Shown one piece after another: positions 56,595-64,000 of a stretch of 64,000 nt of DNA (its first letter is position 1; each line of letters begins with the position of its first letter). The position numbers and the translations under genes are program-made. This stretch comes from Eledone cirrhosa. Its lineage: Eukaryota. Under the pieces are notes generated by a model. That model had not been told where the DNA came from. It did not search any database and saw only the letters and a list, made by a program, of their open reading frames with translations. The stretch is from NCBI GenBank assembly GCA_964016885.1, contig OZ024743.1, forward strand, positions 148,056,001 to 148,120,000, read 5' to 3'.

Positions 56595-58258
56595 CTATAT
56601 CTGATCTGTTATGTTTACATTTCATTAAGGTTTTGACTGGAACATTCCACCAGTACTCATTCACACAATGTATGTGTATGTCATCTACATTGCTGTAACT
56701 TTTAATATGTTTATTGTCATTGTATATTGTTTTGACCACTACCGCATACCTCATTGGTAGATAGTACCGCGATGACATTTTTGGACAGCGGCTTATGACA
56801 TGGCTGACATCTATGATGTTAATTCTGTAAAATGTGCATTTGTTGTCACATCTAGTTGTTTTGCCTGCATCCCTATAGCTATTGTGAATCAGGTATTTTG
56901 TTGTTATATCCTGTTCTTGGGTTGCAAATGCATATACTTCAAACTATGAGCCAATAGAGTGGTTGTTGTTACAAGATAGACTAATTTGGAGCCTCCTGGC
57001 AACATATCCATGCATAATGTTTTGCTGATAAGCATGCATTTTTCATCCATGGATTCATTGAGGTAAGGCTGGGCAATTTCCCTGGGTGTGAGTTTGATTA
57101 TCATGCAGGGAGTATCTTCCAAGGAGTTCTTTCCCAACTCTCATGACCTTACTTTTTTCATGCAGACAGATGTGTTCAATAGATGGGCTCCTACGCTTGG
57201 ATGTTTGTAGATGTTGTCGGAAGGATATGATGCGACACTCAAATGCTGTCTGGGCTGCTGTTAGGCCTCTGCCTCCCTGCTTAAGTTTCAAGTAGAGGCG
57301 GTCTATGTCATTGTTGATGTGGAATTTTCAGCTGCTGTTTAGGCTTTCAGGTTTTAACATCAATTGCTCGGATTGCGTCTATCGCCCAATCGAGTACTCT
57401 AAACGTTTATGTTAAGACAGACACAGCATATAAATTGTGACCCACTGTTTTATTGTATGCAGAGATTTCAGATAACAATACTTTTCTTAATCGGGTGTAA
57501 TATTCCCTGGTTACGCATTCCTTGTTGAGGATACCATCATAGGATATATTCTCATCTATCCTCAGGTATCTGTAGCAGTCTTCGTCAGATATAGGTGAAA
57601 CTTTTTTGGCGTTAATAAAATGTTTGCTATAATGGCTTGAAGTTTTCCCCTACTTTACAATAATATATGAACATTTATCCTGGCCAAAGTCCATTCCTAT
57701 ATCCTTTGAGAACGTAACCATGTCAAGATTTTTCTACATCCCATTTACGTTCTTGGCACAGAGTTTCCGGTCATCCACAAATTGGGTTCGTATTTCTGTC
57801 CCACTTTCAGCCAATTATATATCCTTCACATTTCTTGAGCAGAAAGGACAAGCGGTTTAATGACAGAATCAATAGTAGCAGAGACGGTTTCATTGAAATA
57901 GCCTGTGATATTCTATTTTATCAGTGAAAATAGAGCCCGCCTTCTCTGTTTTTAACTTTACGATAGTACCCCAAGAAGATAGGTTCTCTGTGGCTCTGAT
58001 AATAGCGTTTGTGACTTTAGCATTTCGGAGGGCCTCTTTGATCCAAGAAATGATGAACAGAATTAAATGCTTTCCAGTAGACCAGGCAGACTGTAACCAT
58101 ATTCCTCCTAAGTTGTCGCACCTCCGACATCAGGGTTTTGTTAATTAGGAGCTGTTCAGTACATCCCCAGACACATTTCGTTTTAGCTGCTTGCTTATCC
58201 GTGATGAAGTTATTACTTCCTCAGTGATCTTGGAGAAATAGATGGGTTCTTTTTTTCT
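56595..58258 (-). mobile_element. Decayed R4/Dong-like LINE RT fragment
   Basis: Minus-strand FVDD.KL, DIGMDFGQDKCS, YRYLRIDE and IDRLYLKLKQGGRGL motifs, with many lesions. Confidence 0.75.
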
Positions 58259-58293
58259 TGGGTATGTATGTCTGTGTGTCTGTCTGTATGTAT

Positions 58294-58335
<42 letters not shown>

Positions 58336-58378
58336 GCACATATATATATATATAAAAATATACATAAATGTACATACT

Positions 58379-58410
<32 letters not shown>

Positions 58411-58412
58411 AA

Positions 58413-58553
<141 letters not shown>

Positions 58554-59852
58554 GAACGTATATATACATACATATATACATACATGCATACATATATATA
58601 TATATATATATATATACATACATACATACTCTGCACTTCGTACGTGTCAGTGTTTCTCAAAGAAGACGCGTGCATGTATTATCTAATATATAGAACCAGT
58701 ATATACAATATATTTTAACAAAACTAGATTGCCACCCCTATGCCTCCCCAGAGCCGACCATTTCCTTTCACTTCCTGATTGCTGTCTAAAAGAACGACAG
58801 TGGGGAGTTCCTGCAGAGAACATACTCTCTCGTTTCATTTCATAACTTCTCACTTAACACTATTGATGGAATGTAGATATTTCTTGCCTAATTTTTAATA
58901 ACACATCCTTATTTTTTTTAACCCCTAATATTTGACATGTTTAGCTATATAGATGCTGGGAGCATGATCTCTAGTTGGCTAGGATAATCGTCGGGTGTGG
59001 TGGCTGGTTTGGTGGGGGAGAAGAGGGAGGTTATGAATATAGGTAGTTAGGTATGTAAGTAAGATGGCGGCAGTTGTCAGGGGTTGTGGTGTGTGCGGCT
59101 TGTGTGGCTTGTGTGGTGGTAGGTGTGGATACGCACTGGAGAACGTATTGTAGACGTTTGATTTGTGTTGTGGGTAGTTAATCAAGATAGGAACTTTGAG
59201 CAAGAAGAAGAAGAAGAAGAAGAAGAAAAAGAAAAAGAAGAAGAAGAAGAAGAAGAAGAAGAAGAAGAAGAAGAAGAAGAAGAAGACAAAATTACAAGGG
59301 AGGAGAAGTCACTTTAATCATTCTAGGTTGAGAAGAAGAAGCAATAAGAGATAGTGTTGCTATATACTCAAAAATATACAAGCATACACTCACATATTTT
59401 CATGAAAATATATACTGTGGAATGGATCTCCGTCGGTTTCGTTGACGAATGTCGCAGTTGTCTCGCCAAAGAAACAGCTTGTTCAGGAAATTGATATGCC
59501 AGTGGCTAATATTCAGCTCATAAGTGTACCTATAACGTAATTCTCTATCCAATTTACCTGATAGTGTGGTAAATAACATTAGCTCAAGATTCCACACACT
59601 ACGAACTAATGTAAAATGATGTCTCTGTACGGAATAATTATCATTTCTCTAAACTAGCAAAGTATCCCAAACTCAGAGGTGTTTATTTTAATCTCTTGTT
59701 CTGTATTAAAATATCATCGAAGCTAAAATTATACTAACTCCACACACTATCGATGTTAATGTAGGTATTAAAAAAATTAGCAAGGCCGATTCCTTTGATT
59801 ATATTCGTCATACTCTTATATATATATATATATATGTATATATAATAATAAT

Positions 59853-60204
59853 ATGGAAAACGAAGAATCAGTGATGCATCGGAACACAAATTTGTTACGT
59901 ATTACAATTGTTTCTCGAGCGAACAGCTCGAAGTGTGATCTATTTGTGGATCGAATAAACTTGACTCTGGATTCGCAAGTTCCTCTGATACGTCTAGTGA
60001 TTTCGAGGCAAATCCTCTTTTTGATGGACTCTGACGCTTCGAATTGCTATCACCTTCCTTCGTCCTGTTTGCACTGTACTCCGATTGGTTTGTAGTTCGG
60101 GACGTCATCTTTGTGTATGGCCATTCAAATCTGCCCACTGACCATTTCCATTCAGGCGAGAGCTGTCACTCACCCTAATCCCGTCGCCAGGAATTACTGG
60201 TAAG
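59853..60204 (-). mobile_element. (TA)n-flanked island with a variant hammerhead-like motif (59897-59993)
   Basis: Reverse complement reads ACGTAT-CAGAGGA-[66 nt, three hairpins]-GAAA-CAATTG-TA-ATACGT. Confidence 0.6.
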
Positions 60205-60717
60205 TATATATATATATATATATATATATAGTAGAATAATCGAGAATCGGAAAAACAGCTCACGAATTAACGATAAACAATATCCGATATGTGTGGCAGA
60301 GGGCCAATAATTTGGATAAATCAGAGCTATAACCATCGTTAAATTACCAACACATAGAGATTATGCCTAAAATCACCCGTACAGCCGAAAAAGAACGACC
60401 AGGAAGATTCGGGTCACTCAAATAAAATATCAATAAATCAATAAATTAAATGAATGTAAAAAACTCACCCGGACCCGCTAGAAGGGTGTTAAATCTAGCT
60501 TCTTGGGTTTCTGCAATTCCTTAATCTAATCACTATCAGCCCACATAAAAAATATATAAGACTTCTAGAGAAGGTGTGGACGCGGAAGAGCTTTCTCAAC
60601 GGGATTCCGTCCGACAATAAAGAGGGTACCCTTAGCCAGAAACGCACATGGTACCCAGCAAGGGAGATAACCTCTATATTAGCGAAAGATTTCGATATAT
60701 ATATATATATGTGAAAG

Positions 60718-60819
<102 letters not shown>

Positions 60820-61034
60820 TATAATAATAAATTTGAACACTAAAATCCAAAGAGGGCTCGATAAGGAAGGATAAATATATATCAAATATATAAGAACCGT
60901 AGAGCAAATATTTATTAAAATAACAGATTAAAGTTTAAGCAATGAATCGCTGCTTTCACCCTAGCGATTCTTTGCTTAAACTTTAATCTGTTATTTTAAT
61001 AAATAAATATATATATATATATATATATATTATA

Positions 61035-61341
61035 AATGAAGTGATTCCGTCGGAAAGGTCCAGGAAAAAAGAGTGTTCTATGTAGGTTACATAACGTATT
61101 AGTTATGCAATAAACAACATAAGATAATTATTTCATTTACCAGTGGTTTCTTGAAACCAACCAAAATTGCTTTCATTCATCAGAATGAAAAAATCCTGGT
61201 GTCTTTATTGACAATAAAGAAACTTTACTGTCAATAAAGACACCAGGATTTTTTCATTCTGATGGTTGAAAGCAATTTTGGTTGCTTTCAAGAAACCACT
61301 GGTAAATGAAATAATTATCTTATGTTGTTTATTACATAACT
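61035..61341. mobile_element. Fold-back (TA)n insertion, family I, with HHRs
   Basis: TTTCATT-CTGATG(A/G)-(A/T)TGAAAGCAA ttttgg TTG(C/G)TTTCAA-GAAA-CCACTGG-TA-AATGAAA at 61131-61190 (-) and 61252-61311 (+). Confidence 0.85.
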
Positions 61342-61500
61342 ATATATATTATATATATACTTTCACATATATATATATATATATATATATATCCGAAACG
61401 TTAAGACCATCTTCCTGCTATTTCAAGCGTTAACCTGATATATTCTTTCCATATACTGTACCGATTGTGTTGTTATTTCTGTTTATTTTACACACACACG

Positions 61501-61540
<40 letters not shown>

Positions 61541-62055
61541 AAAGAATAGAGGTGTAACACACAAGTTATTATATATTGGTAAACGGAATAGAAAATGCTG
61601 ACAAATTGTTCACAGTTGAAAAATGGTTTAATTAGGAATAAAAGAGTATTAGTGATTGTATGGGTTAGTATTCAGTTGTGGTTTTAAGTTTTTAAGTTTT
61701 TACCGGTTGCGCATTTCTAAATGCTTTTCAAAAATAATTTTGAGATAGAGTGTCCGTGCTGTTTGCTCTGATCTGATTAGTTTTGGGAATTCTACCTGTT
61801 TTTATGTTAAAAAAATGGCTCCAGCGTTATTTTTGTGTTGTAAAAATGCTTGTGGTCAAAACAATTTTGATTGGTCGGTAGAGGTCATGTGAATATAAAA
61901 AGTTGATTTTGCGCCAAGACTGTTTTTATGTTAAAATGTTAGAAAAGTGGCTCCAGCAAAAATTATGGTCAAAACAATTTTGATTGGTCGGTAGAGGTCA
62001 TGTGGATAAAAAATTGGTTTTGCGCCAAGATTGAGAAATGACTCTTTCACAACAA

Positions 62056-62103
<48 letters not shown>

Positions 62104-62172
62104 TAGTAGTAGTAAGGTGTTCGATGCTGCGACAATAGCCACCAGAGATGTGTGTCAAATGGCTATTAAGAT

Positions 62173-62206
<34 letters not shown>

Positions 62207-62497
62207 ACAAACACACAGCAGAGTCATTCGAAGGTCAAAAGATATTTTTCAGCTTTTGTCTTATACGGAGAAGTGCGTGTGTGTGTGTGTGTGTATAAGT
62301 CTCTTTGTATGTTGATGTACGCGTGTGTATGTGTTTGTGTATATATGTGTGTGTGTGTGTGTGTGCGTGTGTGGGTGGACCAGTATTTTTTTCCCCCCTG
62401 GTAAAATGGTGTACATTATTCGATTTTTTCAGTAAAATCGGTTCTCTTAATAGAACATCAACAATCTTAACAATAAAAGGTGTGAAATGATATTCAC

Positions 62498-62544
<47 letters not shown>

Positions 62545-62754
62545 TTTCACTACATATATATATATATATATATACATATATACATACATATATATGCACA
62601 TATATTTTTTTGTATTGCACCATAGAGCATGTGTGTTTACGTGTGTCATTGTGTTTATATGTGGGTAGAGATGTGTGCTGATGTAGGTATGTATGTTGAC
62701 GTGTGTATATATATATTAAAATAACAGATTAAAGTTTAAGCAAAGAATCGCTGC

Positions 62755-62857
<103 letters not shown>

Positions 62858-62882
62858 TATATATATAAATATATATATATAT

Positions 62883-64000
62883 AAGAGAGTATTGAAGTTT
62901 GCTTGAAGCATTGTGGAATAATAGGTAAGCATCTTTAAGTCGTTTGGAAGCCTCGACAATGCAAATGGGTAAATCTCCGGGTAACAAGATCCGGTGGTGG
63001 AGAGAGAGAGATGTAAGTGGGTGTACGTTGAGATGCGGGGTGTGTATAAGACGTGTAGAAGAATGAAGGAAAGAGTATAAAGGATAAAATAAAAATAAGA
63101 ACACGAGAGAGAGTTACCTTGGGAGAGATTTAATTGTCCCTATATATTTCGGATTCACATCCATCAACTGGGGTTTTTTCCGGGGTGGGGGAAAGGTTGT
63201 CTGTCGGAAAGGTGCGAAACGCGTCCTCCGCTGATTGTTGTTTTGAATATCTGAGGTATTCAGCAGAGCGCGCGTGCGCGTAAAATGGTGTCGGCCGGGC
63301 AGAGTCAGCTGCCGAATGTGGGAGTGGGGTGGTGCTAGCTGTAAGTCCATTATCTGCCTGTTTGTTAAATGTTACTCTGTGTGTGCGTGTGTTGTTGTTT
63401 CGCTTGTGTGTGTGTGTATTGTTGCCTTGTTCCTCTGTATTGGCAGTGTAGTATGTTCGTATGGTGGAATGCTACTGTGTGTGTGTGCGTGTGCGTGTGT
63501 AGTTGTCTCGTTTGTGTGTGTGTGTGTGCGTGTGTTGCTGCATCGTTTGTTAACTTAAACCAGCCACCTGATTTCGCTTCTCTCGGATCGATTGTTTATT
63601 TGCGGTGCAAGGCGTTTGATAAAAAGCGCTTCCTTGATACGTAATGTGCCGACGTTTTTTCAGTCGCTAGAATTGTGACAATGGGCCTTCCGTCTTTCTT
63701 TCCGCATTTGTCTATGTGTTTCCGGAAAGACGAGTTCCTGGTTTTAGTGTGTTCCTTGATCCGGATGTGCAAAGGTCGGATTGTGCTACCTATATAGTAT
63801 TGGTTGCACCTGTCACATTCTATCTTATACACGACGTATGTGCGTAGGCAACAGTTCGCATTTCGTATCGGGCAGTCTCTGAGGGAGCACGCGTCAGTAG
63901 ATTTCCCGGGTTTCCTGGAGAGGCATCTTCGTAGGGAGAGGCCCTCCCTCCGTATAGCCTTGCGGATAGCCTTGGTGGTATTCTCGCCCAGGTGTGGCAT
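62883..64000 (-). mobile_element. Penelope-like element 3' region (GIY-YIG + 3' UTR), continues beyond the window
   Basis: ORF 63596-64000 reads CSLRDCPI..CCLRTYVVYKIECDRCNQYYIGSTIRPLHIRIKEH. It ends in (TA)n. Confidence 0.85.

Overview
This is AT-rich, microsatellite-dense eukaryotic DNA. The SINE and Tx1-like repeats resemble those of octopod cephalopods (inference). I cannot support any host protein-coding gene, and almost all listed ORFs are translations of (TA)n, (CA)n or (GA)n. The window is a mosaic of transposable elements. It holds one young, near-complete Penelope-like element (PLE) at 19397-23381, with RT plus C-terminal GIY-YIG, 446-bp pseudo-LTRs and one frameshifting lesion. It also holds four PLE 3' fragments, a Tx1/L1-like LINE with a 5' inversion, R4/Dong-like and RTE-like LINE relics, about 11 copies of a tRNA-derived SINE, Helitron ends and MITEs. 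The main hidden structure is that the short unique islands between (TA)n tracts are mostly fold-back insertions from more than 10 unrelated families. Folded by eye, they carry about 20 type-I hammerhead ribozyme (HHR) motifs. These include U3-A8 compensatory cores, repeated C-A-G-A-N-G-A (U4A) cores and one with a greatly expanded stem II. Two families are non-coding ~310-320-nt head-to-tail units resembling retrozymes. All folds were done by eye and none has been tested.
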